Shown here in pieces: positions 8,505 through 18,614 of a stretch of 20,000 nt of DNA. The stretch spans positions 87,529,239 through 87,549,238 of the forward strand of contig NC_057719.1 in the NCBI RefSeq assembly GCF_004010195.1, written 5' to 3'. The notes below the pieces were generated by a model. The model was given only the letters and a program-made list of their open reading frames with translations, was not told the DNA's origin and did no database searches. Position 1 is the first letter of the stretch; the number at the start of each line of letters is the position of its first letter. The stretch comes from Chiloscyllium plagiosum (lineage: Eukaryota). Position numbers and translations under genes: made by a program.

Positions 8505-10555
8505 TATAGATTAGAGTGGTGCTGGAAAAGCACAGCAGGTAAGGCAGCATCCGAGGAGCAGGAAAGCCGACATTTCAGGCAAAAGCCCTTCACCAGGAAT
8601 GAGGCTTCTGGGCCAGGAGGAGCTGAGAGATAAATGGGAGGGGGATGGGGCTGGGGGAAGGTAGCTGGGAATGTGATAGGTGGATGAAGTGGTGGGGAAA
8701 GGCAATAGGTCGGAGAGAAGGGTGGAGCAGATAGATGGGAAAGACGATGGACAGATCAAGAGGGCAGTGCTGAGTTCGAAGGTTGGATCTGGGATAAGGT
8801 GGGGGAGGGGAAATGAGGAAACTGGTGAAATCCACATTGATCCCGTGTGGTTGGAGGGTGCCAAGGTGGAAGACGAGGCATTCTTCCTCCGGGCGTCGGG
8901 TGGTTAAGTTTTGGCAATGGAGGAGGCCCAGGACCTGCATGTTCTTGGTGGAGTGGGAGGGGGAGTTGAAGTGTTCAGCCACGGGACAGTGGGGTTGGCG
9001 GATGCAGATGTCCCAGAGATGTTCTCTGAAATGATCTGCAAATTGGCGTCCTGTCCCCCCGATGTTGAGGAGACCATATGGCAATGGATAGAGTAGATGA
9101 CATTGGCCGAGGTACAGGTAATTTCTGTCGATGTGGAAGGATCCTTTGGGGCCTTGAACAGAGGTGAGCAGGGAGGAGTGGGCGTAGGTTTTGTACTTCC
9201 TGCGATGGTAGGGGAAGGTGCCGGGAGTGGGGCGTGGGCTGGTGGGGGTGGTGGACAAGAGAGACGCGGAGGGAATGGCCCCTCCGAAACGCTGTTAGGG
9301 GTGGGGTGGAAAATATATCAGAGAGGTGTCCGAGATAGTCTAGGTGAATTTGAGGTTGGGGTGAAAGGTGTTGGTGAAGTTGATGAACCGTCCAATGCCT
9401 CGTGGGAGAACAAAGTAGCGCCGATACAGTCATCGATGTAGCGGAAGAACAGGTGGGGGTTGGTGCCGGTGTAGCTGCGGAAGATGGACTATTCCATGTA
9501 CCCAACAAAGAGGCAGGCATAGCTGTGTCCCATGCGGGTGGGAGGATTGGAAGGAGAAGTTTTTGAGGGTGAGGACCAGTTCAACCAGGCTGATGAGGGT
9601 GTCAGTGGAATGGTACTGGTTGGGACGGTGTGAGACGAAGAAATGGAGGGCTTTGGAGGCCTTCATCGTGGTGGATTGATGTGTACAGGGACTGGGTGTC
9701 CATGGTGAAGATGAGGCATTAGGGGCCAGGGAAACCAAAATCTTGGAGAAGGTGAAGGGTGTGGGTGGTGTCCCAAACATAGGTGGGGAGTTCCTCGACT
9801 AAGGGGGACAGGATGGTGTCAAGGTAAGAAGAGATGAGTTCAGTGGGACTGGAACAGGCTGAGACAATGGGTTGACCGGGGAAATCAGGTTTGAGAATCT
9901 TCGGAAGGAGATAGAATCAGACGGTTTGGGGTTCATGGACAATGAGGCTTTAGGTGGGAGATCTCCAGAGGTGGTGAGGATGTGGATGGTCTGGGACATG
10001 AAGGTTTGGTGATGGGAGGTGAAGTCATGGTTGAGGGGACAGAAGGAGGAGGTGTCTGTGAGTTGGCACCTGGCTTCAGCGGTGCAGAGGTCAGTGTGCC
10101 AAACTACCACAGAGCCCCCTTGTCTGCTGGTTTGATGGTAAAGCTGGGGTTGGAGTGGAGGGAGTGGATGGCTGCATGCTGCGAGGGTGGGAGGTTGGAG
10201 TGGGTGAGGGGGGGGGGGTGGACAGGTTGTGGCAGTCGATGTCACAGCGGCAGTTTGAAATGAAGAGGTCAAGGGTGGGTAACAGGCCAGCACGGGGTGT
10301 CCAGGTGGATGGGATTTATTGGAAGCGAGAGAAGGGGTCCTCGGTGGGTGAGCAGGTGCCTTGATTGAAAAAATGGGCCCGGAGGCAGATGCGGCTGAAG
10401 AAATGTTCAATGTTGCAACGCAGCGGAAGAAATGTGTTGATCTCATTAATCCGCGAGCAGAGAGGGATGAAGGTGAGGCCTTTGCTGAGGACTGAACTTT
10501 CATCCTCAGTGAGGGGGAGGTCTGGGGGAATAGTAAAAACACGGCAGGGCACCAC
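8505..10555 (-). mobile_element. Penelope-like retroelement (RT plus GIY-YIG), decayed, about 2 kb
   Basis: N-terminal LTEDESSVLSKGLTFIP. RT motifs TRMGHSYACLFVGYME and FFRYIDDC (about 9426-9449). GIY-YIG region YGLLNIGGTGRQFADHFREH...VAEHFNSPSH...LGTLQPHGIN. Frameshifted. Its terminus matches 19857-19946. Confidence 0.9.
8569..8597 (-). ncRNA. Degenerate minimal hammerhead-ribozyme motif of the Penelope-like element
   Basis: Minus strand C-CTGGTGA-A-GGGC-TTTT-GCCT-GAAA-TGTC. The core is mutated (CUGGUGA instead of CUGANGA) relative to the copy at 19915-19942. Confidence 0.55.
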
Positions 10556-11098
10556 ACTCTCGACTCTGTAATTCTCTATCCTGATACGACTTCTACCTAG
10601 CTAATAGAGCAACTACTGACAGTCTACAAAAAGCTGCCTTGGGATCCTCAGTGAGCTAGTTACTGCAAAACATACTAAGGTTCAGAAGAGGGATATCCAA
10701 GGGACAATGATAGATCCTCTCTCATATTTCATGTGCACAGAGGTTTCAGACTGAGAGTCATAGAAATGTGCAGCATGGAAAGAGACCCTTCAGTCTAACT
10801 CATCCATGCCGACCAGATATCCTAAATTAATTTTGTCCCATTTGGCAGCATTTTGTCCATATCCCTCTCAATCTTCCTATTTACATAACCATCCAGACAC
10901 TTTTTAAATGCTGTAATTGTACCAGCCTCCACCACTTCCTCTGGCAACTCATTCCATACACACACCGCCCTCTGCATTAAAATGTTGCCTCTTAGGTCTG
11001 TTTTAAATGTTCCCCCTCTCACCTTAAATCTCTGCCGTCTAGTTTTGGACTCCCCCATCTCAGGGAAAAGACCATGTCTATTTACCCTATTCATGTCC

Positions 11099-11755
11099 TT
11101 CAGAATCAGAGTCATACAGCATGGAAACAGACCCTTCAGTCTAACTCGTCCATGCCAAACATAATCCCAATCTAAAACTAGTCCCTTCTGCCTGCCCCTG
11201 GCCATTATCCCACCAAACCTTACCACTTCATGTATCTATCCAAAAGGCTTTTAAACATTGTAATTGTACCCGCATCCACCACTTCCTCAGGAAGTTCATT
11301 CCACATGTCAACCACCCCTCTGTGCAAAAAATTTGCCTCTTATGTCTTATTTAAATTGCTCTCCTCTCAGCTTAAAAATGTGCCCCCTAGTCTTGAAATT
11401 CCCCAATTTAGGGAAAAGGCAGCTACCATCAACTCTAACTAAACCTCTCATTATTTTGTAAACTTCTATCAGGTCACCTCAAAACCTCCCACGCTCCAGT
11501 GAAAAAAGTCCCAGCCTATTTAGCCTTTCTTTATAATTCAAACCTTCCATACCCGGCAACATCCTGGTAAATCTCTTCTAAACCCTCTCTAGTTTGATCA
11601 TATCTTCCTTATAATTGGGTGATCAGTACTGGACACAGTATTCCAGAAGATGCCTCACCAATGTCCTGTACAACATCAACATAATATCCCAATCCTACAC
11701 ACAAAGGACTGAGCAATGAAGGCAAGCGTATTAAAAGTCTTTTTAACCATCCTGT
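11099..11755 (-). mobile_element. Second CR1 3' fragment nested inside the 10756-14720 CR1
   Basis: The 3' tail (agagtcatacagcatggaaacagacccttcagtctaactc) restarts at about 11100. The outer element rejoins as ...accctattcatgtcc|insert|ctcataattttataaacc. Confidence 0.85.
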
Positions 11756-12698
11756 CTCATAATTTTATAAACCTCTATAAGGTCACCTCTCAGTCTCTGA
11801 CACTCGAGGGGAAATAGCCCCAGCCTATTCAGCATCTCTCTGTAGCTCAAACCCTCCAACCCCAGCAACATCCTTGTAAATCTTTTCTGAACCCTTTCAA
11901 GTTTCACAACATCCTTCCTATAGGAAGGAGACCAAAATTGCACACAATATTCCAATAGTGGCCTAACCAATGCCCTGTACAGCTGGAACATGACCTCCCA
12001 ACTCCTATACTCAATGCACTGACCAATAAAGGAAAGCATACCAAACGCTTCTTCACTATCCTATCCACCTTCAAGGAGCTATGAAACTGCAATCCAAGGT
12101 TTCTATGTTCAGCTACATTCCCCAAGACCTTCCCATTAAGTGTACAAGTCCTTCTCTGATCTGTCTTTCCAAAATGCAGCAGCTCACATTTATCTAAAGT
12201 AAACTCCATTTGCCACTCGTCAGCTCAATGGTCCATCTGATCAAGATCCTGTTGTAATCTGAAGTAATCTTCTTCGCTGTCCACTAACCTCCAATTTTGG
12301 TATCATCTGCAAACTTACTAACTATACCTCCTATGCTCAAATCCAAATTATTTATAGAAATGACAAAAAGCAGTGCACCCAGCACTGATCTTTGTGGCAC
12401 ACCGCTGGTCACAGGCTTCCAGTCTGAAAAACAACCTTCCACCACCACTGTCTGTCTTTGAGCCAGTTCTGTATCCAAATGGCTAGTTCTTCCTATATTC
12501 CATGTGATCTAACCTTGCTAACCAGTCTACCATGTGAAACCTTGTAAAAAACCTTACGGAAGTCCAAATAGATCACATCCACCACTCTGCCCTCATCAAT
12601 CTCTTCATTACTTCTTCAAAAATCTCATTCTAGTTTGTGAGACACAATTTCTCACACACAAAGCCATGTTGAGTATCCCTATCTTTACCTTCCCAAAT

Positions 12699-12760
12699 TC
12701 TCCATAATCACCTGGTGAAGAAGCAGCGTTCCAAAAGCTAGTGCTTCCAAATAAACCTGT
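12699..12760 (+). mobile_element. ~62-bp Penelope-like terminal fragment (different family) with a degenerate hammerhead motif, inserted in the CR1
   Basis: CAC-CTGGTGA-AGAAGC-AGC-GTTCC-AAAA-GCTA-GTG-cttccaaataaacctgt interrupts CR1 ORF2. Flanked by a near-duplication cttcccaaat / ctttccaaat. Confidence 0.62.
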
Positions 12761-14759
12761 CTTTCCAAATACATGTAAATCCTGTCCCTCAGATTCCCTC
12801 TAACAACTTGCCTATCACTGATGTTAGGCTCACCAGTCTGCAGTTCCCTGGCTTTTCCTTACCACATTTCTTAAATAGTGGCACCACGTTAACCAACCTC
12901 CAGTCTTCCAGCACCTCACCTGTGACTATCAATGATACAAATACCTCAGCAAGGGGCCCAGTAATCACTTTCCTAGCTTCCCACAGAGTTCTAGCATACA
13001 TCTGATCGGGTCCTGGGGATTTATCCACATATATGCTTTTTAAGACATCCAGCACCTCCACCACTGTAATATGGACATTTTTCAAGATGTCACCATCTAT
13101 TTCCCCATATTCCATGTCCTTCTCCACAGTAAACACTGATGCAAACTACTCATTTAGTATCTCCCCCATCTCCTGCGATTCCAAAGAAGGCCTTGCTGAT
13201 CTTTATGGGGCCCTATTCTCTCCCTAGTTACCCTTCCAACCTTGATGTATTTGTAGAATCCCTTTGAATTCTCCTTAAGCCTATTTGCCAAAGCTATCTC
13301 ATGTCCCCTTTTTGCCCTCCTGATTTCTCTCTTAGGTATATTTTTACTGTCTTTATACTCTTCTAAGGATTCACTCGATCTATCCTGTCTATACTGACAT
13401 GTGCTTCTTTCTTTTTCTTGATCAAAACCTCAATTCCTTTAGTCATCCAGCATTCCCTACACCTACCAGCCTTTCCTTTCAGCCTAACAGAAATATACTG
13501 TCTTTGGACTTCCCATTTTTCAGTCATCCCTTTACCTGCAAATATCTGCATCCAATCAATTTTTGAATGTCCTTGCCTAATACTGTCAAAATTGGTCTTA
13601 CTCCAGTTTAGAACTTTAACTTTTAGATTCTATCTATCATTTTTCATCGCTATTTTAAAACTAATAGAATTATGGTCACTGACCCCAAAGTGCTCCCCCA
13701 CTGACATCTCAGTCACCTGCCCTGCCTTATTGCCCAAGAGCAGATCAAGGTTCGCATCTTCTCTAGTAGGTACATGCACATACTAAATCAAAACATTTTC
13801 TTGTCTACACTTAACAAATTCCTTTCCAACCAAACACTACGGCAATCGAAGCTTATGCTTGCAAAGTTAAAATCCCCGAACATAACCACCCTCCTCTTCT
13901 CTCAGATAACTAAGATCTTACAAATTTGTTTCTCAATTTCTCACTGACTATTAGGGGGTCTATAGTACAGTCCCAATCAGATGATCATCCCTTCCATATT
14001 TCTCAGTTCCATCTAAATAACTTCCCTGGATGCATTCCCAGGAATATCCTCCCTAAGTACAGCTGTAATGTTATTCCTAATCAAAAATGCCACTCCTCCT
14101 CCTCTCTTGTTTCCCCCCCCCCTTCCTATCCTACCTGTAAGCAGTTTTCCCCTGGAACATTAAGCTGCCAGTCCTGTCCATCCCTGACCACGTTTCTGTA
14201 ATTGCTATGATATCCCAGTCCCATGTTCCTAACCATGCCCTAAGTTCATCTGCCTTCCCTGTTAGGCCCTTTGCATTGAAATAAATGCAGTTTAATTCAT
14301 CAGTCCGACCTTATTCTCTGCTTTCTTCCTTCCTGCCCTGACTCACTCCTTTTCTTAACTGTACCAGTCTCAGACTGATCTCATTCCTTACTATCTCCCT
14401 GGGTCCCAAGTCCCACTCCCTTGACCAGTTTAAATCCTCCCAAACAGCTCTCGCTAATCTCCCTGCCAGTATATTAGTCCCCTTCCAATTTAGGTGCAAT
14501 CTGTCTTTCTTGTACAGGTCACTTCTATCCCAGAAGAGATTCCAATGATCCAAAAATGTGAATCCTTCTTCCCTGCACCAGCTCATCACCCACGCATCTG
14601 CTCTATCCTCCTATTCCTACCCTTACTAGCTACTGGCACTGGGAGTAATCCAGATATTACTACCTTCGAGGACCTCCTTTTTAAATTGCTGCCTAACTTC
14701 CTATATTCTCTCCTCAGAATCTTGAGCACAGATTCAAAATCTCACACATAAATTCACAA

Positions 14760-15410
14760 AAAGGGTTCAGAAAGCTTGGTGGAATGGGCAGATAAAAGAC
14801 AGATACAATCTCTTTGAAGTGGAATGGAATACAATTTGAGACAGCAAGTCAGGAATGAGAGCGTAAACTGAAGAGTGTAGAGAGAGAGAGACAGTAAAAG
14901 GTGCCACTGCCATTCCATAATTTCCAAAACTGTAAACATAAATTGATTAACCACAAGTCCCTACAGTGTAGAAGCTAGCCATTCAGCCCATTGAGCCCAC
15001 ACTGACACCCCGAACAGCATCCCACCCACAGCCACTCCCACTCCCCTACTCTACCCCTGTAACTCTGCACTAGGCTAACACACCTAGTTTACACATCCCT
15101 GGACACTATGGGGCAATTTAGCAGCATCAATCCAACTAACCTACATATCTTTAGACTATGGGAGGAAACCAGAGCACCCAGAGGAAACCCACGCTGACAC
15201 AGGGAGAATGTGCAAACTCCACACAGTCACCCAAAAGTAGAATCAGACCTTGGTCCCTGGTGCTGTGAGGCAGCAGTGCCAACTACTAAGCCACCATGTT
15301 GCCCAAAGTCGCAAATAGCTTTTGTGTTTTGTAAACGGGAGCAGAGAATTCAAGAGTGAAGTGGTCATGATGATTTTGAGTAACGCAATGGTTAGTCCCA
15401 GTTGAACAAC
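14760..15410 (+). mobile_element. Very old CR1 ORF2 fragment split by a V-SINE
   Basis: LVEWADKRQIQ at about 14777-14810 and ...VNGSREFKSEVVMMILSNAMVSP at about 15330-15400 resemble the CR1 L.EWA..WQM.F and I.RGIEYKS.EVML.LY..LVRP motifs. Confidence 0.5.
14958..15304 (-). mobile_element. Older, diverged HE1/V-SINE family member
   Basis: Recognisable V-domain (gggaggaaaccagagcacccagaggaaacccacgctgacacagggagaatgtgcaaactccacacag) and tRNA head (gctgtgaggcagcagtgc...gccaccatgttgccc), with many CpG transitions. Confidence 0.85.
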
Positions 15411-15439
15411 ATAACTGCGGTCATTTTTATATGATTCCT

Positions 15440-15635
15440 TCATGAGATGTGGGTGTTACTGGTGAGCCTGTATTTGCTCCCCATCCCTAATTACCCTGGC
15501 GGCTTGCTGTGCCCTTTCAGAGAGCAGTTTAGAGTCAAATGGAATGGCTGTGGGTACTGGAGTCACATGTAGACTTGACCAGGTAAAAATGGCATATTTC
15601 CCTCCCTAAAGGACCTCAGTGAACCAGATGAGTGC
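15440..15635 (-). mobile_element. 3' half of a second shark SINE family (tail shared with the 2965-3660 LINE)
   Basis: Reverse complement of about 15765-15950; homologous to 17697-18215. Confidence 0.7.
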
Positions 15636-15646
15636 CGTTATAAAAC

Positions 15647-15953
15647 TAGAATAGTAATGCTGTGGGGACACAAATCCAAATCCCAGCTGGTGGGAGTTAA
15701 ATTCAATCAGAAATAGAGATCTAGTCCCAGCGATGGTAACTATCATCAACTGTCATAAAAATTTCTATCGGGTTACGAATAAAAGGAAATCTATTTTCTT
15801 TATCTGGCCTAATGTGACTCCAGACTCACAGCAACGTGAATGACTCTTGTCTCCCTCTGAAATAGTTGAGCAAGCCACTTGTTTCAAAGGCAATTAGGGA
15901 GGGCAACAAATATCAACCTTGCCAGTGTCGGCCATATCCAATGGAAGAATAAA
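15647..15953 (+). mobile_element. Second shark SINE family, decayed copy
   Basis: ...tggcctaatgtgactccagactcacagcaacgtgaatgactctt...caaaggcaattagggagggcaacaaat...gccagtgtcggccatatcc. The tail matches the LINE tail at 3591-3642. Confidence 0.7.
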
Positions 15954-16223
15954 GGGAGAAACATGCTGGGACGGTTTCATTTTCCCAGAGACCAGATCAC
16001 TGGAACAAGTTGCTGTCTCAATTCAGATTTATCTGTTTGAATAGGGTTTCAATGACTATAAACAAAAGAGAGGGCAGTGCATCCTGCCTATCCATTACTA
16101 ACTTCACACATTGCTGGACAGACAGCTAGGGCCCTAAACACACTCAGCAATGCAGTCAGCACAGTTTCAATTCATGCAATATCGAGTGGCTCTCCTTTAA
16201 CAAGTGTGAGTGGCCAATCTTAC

Positions 16224-16362
16224 TTGAATGGTCATTATTTCTTCGAAAATACTGTTAATATCTTGGAGTAAGGTGAGTGCAGACGTGGTCTTGTTCAGGG
16301 ATTCTCTGCATTTACAGAGTTGTTGGAGAAGGTCTTGCCAGCGACGTTCAACATTCTGCTGC
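16224..16362 (-). CDS. SPTBN5: SPTBN5-like exon, 139 nt, phase 2 to 0 (missing from the ORF track)
   Basis: Acceptor tctcttccttctctgcAG, donor CAA|GTAAGA. Translates (R)QQNVERRWQDLLQQLCKCRESLNKTTSALTLLQDINSIFEEIMTIQ, which has the spectrin helix-C RW..LL motif. Phases match both neighbours. Confidence 0.9.
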
Positions 16363-16487
16363 CTGCAGAGAAGGAAGAGATTTCAATCAGTGCACCAGAG
16401 TTTGCATCCTGATCTGGTTCTGGACATCCCGGGGCACACATCTCCATTCCAAGCAGACAAGACAGTGTGACCTACTGATCCTCCGGT

Positions 16488-16785
16488 CCCTGTCTGGACA
16501 TTGTCTGACCCACTGACCTGAGCCCCAGACCCGGTCAGGATAGCATCTGACTCCACTGACCTCTCCCACTCCCTGTCTGGATAGCGTCTGACTCCACTGA
16601 CCTCTCCCACTCCCTGTCTGGATAGTGTCTGACCCACTGACTCCCCTACCCCCAGCCTCTGTCTGGACAGTGTCTGACCCACTGAACACCACTACCCCCC
16701 CTCACCCACCCCAAACCCCAGTTCCTGTCTGGATAGTGTCTGACCCACAGACCCGAGCCCACAGACCCTGACAGGTCAGTGTCTG
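16488..16785. repeat. ~41-bp imperfect minisatellite, about 7 units, in a 495-nt intron
   Basis: Unit ccctgtctggatagtgtctgac(t)ccactgacctctcccact, with variable C-rich spacers. Confidence 0.9.
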
Positions 16786-16857
16786 AAGCCCCCCACCCTC
16801 CCTGATTGGATGATTAAACCACAACTATATGAATGACTGGCCGTGAGGTCACCGTAC

Positions 16858-17489
16858 CTCTTTACGATCTCAGTCTTGCTGTGGTAGTTCTCCCTCTCAA
16901 TGACTGCTGCCATTTCAGCCAGGGTCTTGAACCTCTGCTCCCGGGCGAACACGTCGGTGGTGATGGCCTCCATCATCTTGGCGGCAGCCTCGGCCTCCTT
17001 GATGCTCCTCACGTTGGCGTCCTGCTTGGCAACCACTGACCTCATTTCGGTGAGGTAGGCCTCCCTCAGCGCAGCCTTCTTCCTGAACTTCCGCACCAGC
17101 TGCTCCAGGCGCTCCAGACGCAGCATCTCTTTCTGCAGTGCCTTCTCCCGCTCGTACTCCGACTTCTCCAGGTTGGCCCAGTGCCTCTCGATGTCAGTCA
17201 GGGTCTTCCCCTCAGGGGGCACGTATGGCCACATGTTGTTGGCTTGCAGCTTCGTCCTGATGTTGAAGAGTTGCGCTTCGATGAGCCCTCGCTCCTGATA
17301 CTTGGGTGGCTTCTCCACGGTGCGGAACGTTTTGAAGTCCGCCACCAGCCTCTGCATGCCCACCAGCGAGTTGGGGAAGCAGTGGTCGTTCAACTCCCTC
17401 ACTTTGTCCTTGATCCACTGAAGCAAGTCAGTCACCAGTTGCTGGTATTCAAGTTTGAGGTCTTCAATCTCCTTCAGGAGACTAATAAT
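16858..17489 (-). CDS. SPTBN5: Spectrin beta chain (SPTBN5-like) internal exon, first spectrin repeats after the CH domains; 632 nt, phase 0 to 2
   Basis: Translates [29 protein letters not shown]...[21 protein letters not shown]...[21 protein letters not shown]...[20 protein letters not shown]...[13 protein letters not shown], typical beta-spectrin repeat 1-2 motifs. Acceptor ctccttcacAG at 17491-17490; donor AG|GTACGG at 16857. Confidence 0.93.
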
Positions 17490-17696
17490 CTGTGAAGGAG
17501 GAATAGATACATGACTCAGTCGCAGATTAAATATACAGGACCCTGCTGGGAACATGTGTTCGTTTGCAAGAGTCAGGGGCCTGGAATGTGGAACTGTGTC
17601 ATGAGTTAGAAGACCATATGTTTTTGTTTTGGGAGGTTGGAGAGCTGTGCTCTGCAGTTATCACTGAAGACGCAAAAGTTGGAGAAAGACTCCTGA

Positions 17697-18215
17697 TTGG
17701 AAAGGCCAGCCTTTACTGCCCATCCCTAATTGCCGAGAGGGTAGTTCTGAGTCAACCACATAGCTGTAGGTCTGGAGTTACATGTAGGCTGTAGTAATTG
17801 TATGAGTTCCTTGATTGGGACTGTTAATCTAGTTCAATCAGGGAGTCCTGGCTGACAGATATAAACATGAATGTCAGATAACCTGCTCACTCTGAGAGTT
17901 GGCTCTGAGGAAGCTGGATCAATGTCAAATAATGGGTGACTTGGTGATGGGATACTTGCCTCTGTGGAGTTATTTAATTGGCCAGACCAGGTTAGGAAGG
18001 CAGATTTCCTCCCTCAAGGGCATTAGTCAACCAGATATGTTTTTTTCCACAAATCTTCAATGTTTACAGGATCACTGTTAGGCGAGTTTTTTATTCCAAC
18101 ATTTTCAGTGATTTTAAATTTCACAATTGGTCATGCTGAGACTCAAATCTACATCCTCCGACCATAGACCTGGGGTTCTGGATTATTAATCTAGTCACGT
18201 TACTGCTGTGCCACA
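17697..18215 (-). mobile_element. Second shark SINE family copy, split by a solo LTR
   Basis: ggtctggagttacatgtaggc|insert|cagaccaggttaggaaggcagatttcctccctcaagggcattagtcaaccagat rejoins, and is collinear with 15558-15630. Confidence 0.75.
17790..17977 (+). mobile_element. Solo LTR, 188 bp
   Basis: Begins TGTAG and ends TTATTTAA (probably a mutated CA end). 5-bp target-site duplication TAGGC (17785-17789) / TTGGC (17978-17982). TATAAA at 17860-17865; degenerate poly(A) signal AAATAA at about 17927. Confidence 0.72.
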
Positions 18216-18614
18216 GCTGTTGCTGATTTAGAAAGCATTCATTACTCTTTAATCTTCTGAAAAGCTGCAGAAAACTCCTAAGCATTATCAGATGCCAAGA
18301 TCTTGATTGAAATACTGTAAGAACCCAGTGAAGCCGAATATCAGGATTTCTAACTGACTCTCGTGAGAAGTCGCAAAGGATTTAGGAGAAAAAAAGGTAG
18401 GCTTCTCATGGTCAAGTTGATCTCTCGAGCTGCCAGATGTAAAACCACTGTGATCTTCAAATCAGACTTTATTTCAGATGTGAATGAGGTATGTTATTTG
18501 GTTTTATCAGGGTCTTATAGTATTTCAGTCGAGAGAGATCTTAGCAGACAGGGAATATGCAGAATGTGGGGAGGGGGTGCAGGAGAGGTGTACTACAGGA
18601 ATTTAGTTGATATA

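Larger units (their letters stand above)
10756..14720 (-). mobile_element. CR1 (HER1-like) LINE, about 4 kb including inserts, 5'-truncated within ORF1, pseudogenised
   Basis: ORF1 SGNH-esterase end (SWCREEGFTFLDHWNLFW..DLYKKDRLHLNWKGTNILAGRL, 14311-14589). ORF2 motifs KSPGPDQM, WRLVNVVPLFKK..KEKPGNCRLVSLTS, VTSGVPQRSVLG..LF, KFADDTKIG, LVRPLLEYCVQFWSP. 3' tail at 10756-10830. Confidence 0.93.

Noticed and set aside
8590..10557. Functional or domesticated RT/GIY-YIG gene
   Set aside because: Motifs are split across frames with stops and deletions, and the catalytic region is altered (NIGGTG).
14311..14589. Independent esterase gene
   Set aside because: It is the SGNH-esterase end of CR1 ORF1, contiguous with the decayed ORF2 and truncated.
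10732..14731. Possible TSD tgtgcacaga / tgagcacaga around the large CR1
   Set aside because: The left copy is not adjacent to the element end and the following bases diverge; could be chance.
17181..17495. Plus-strand ORFs overlapping the large spectrin exon
   Set aside because: Antisense shadows of a GC3-rich coding exon with no independent support.
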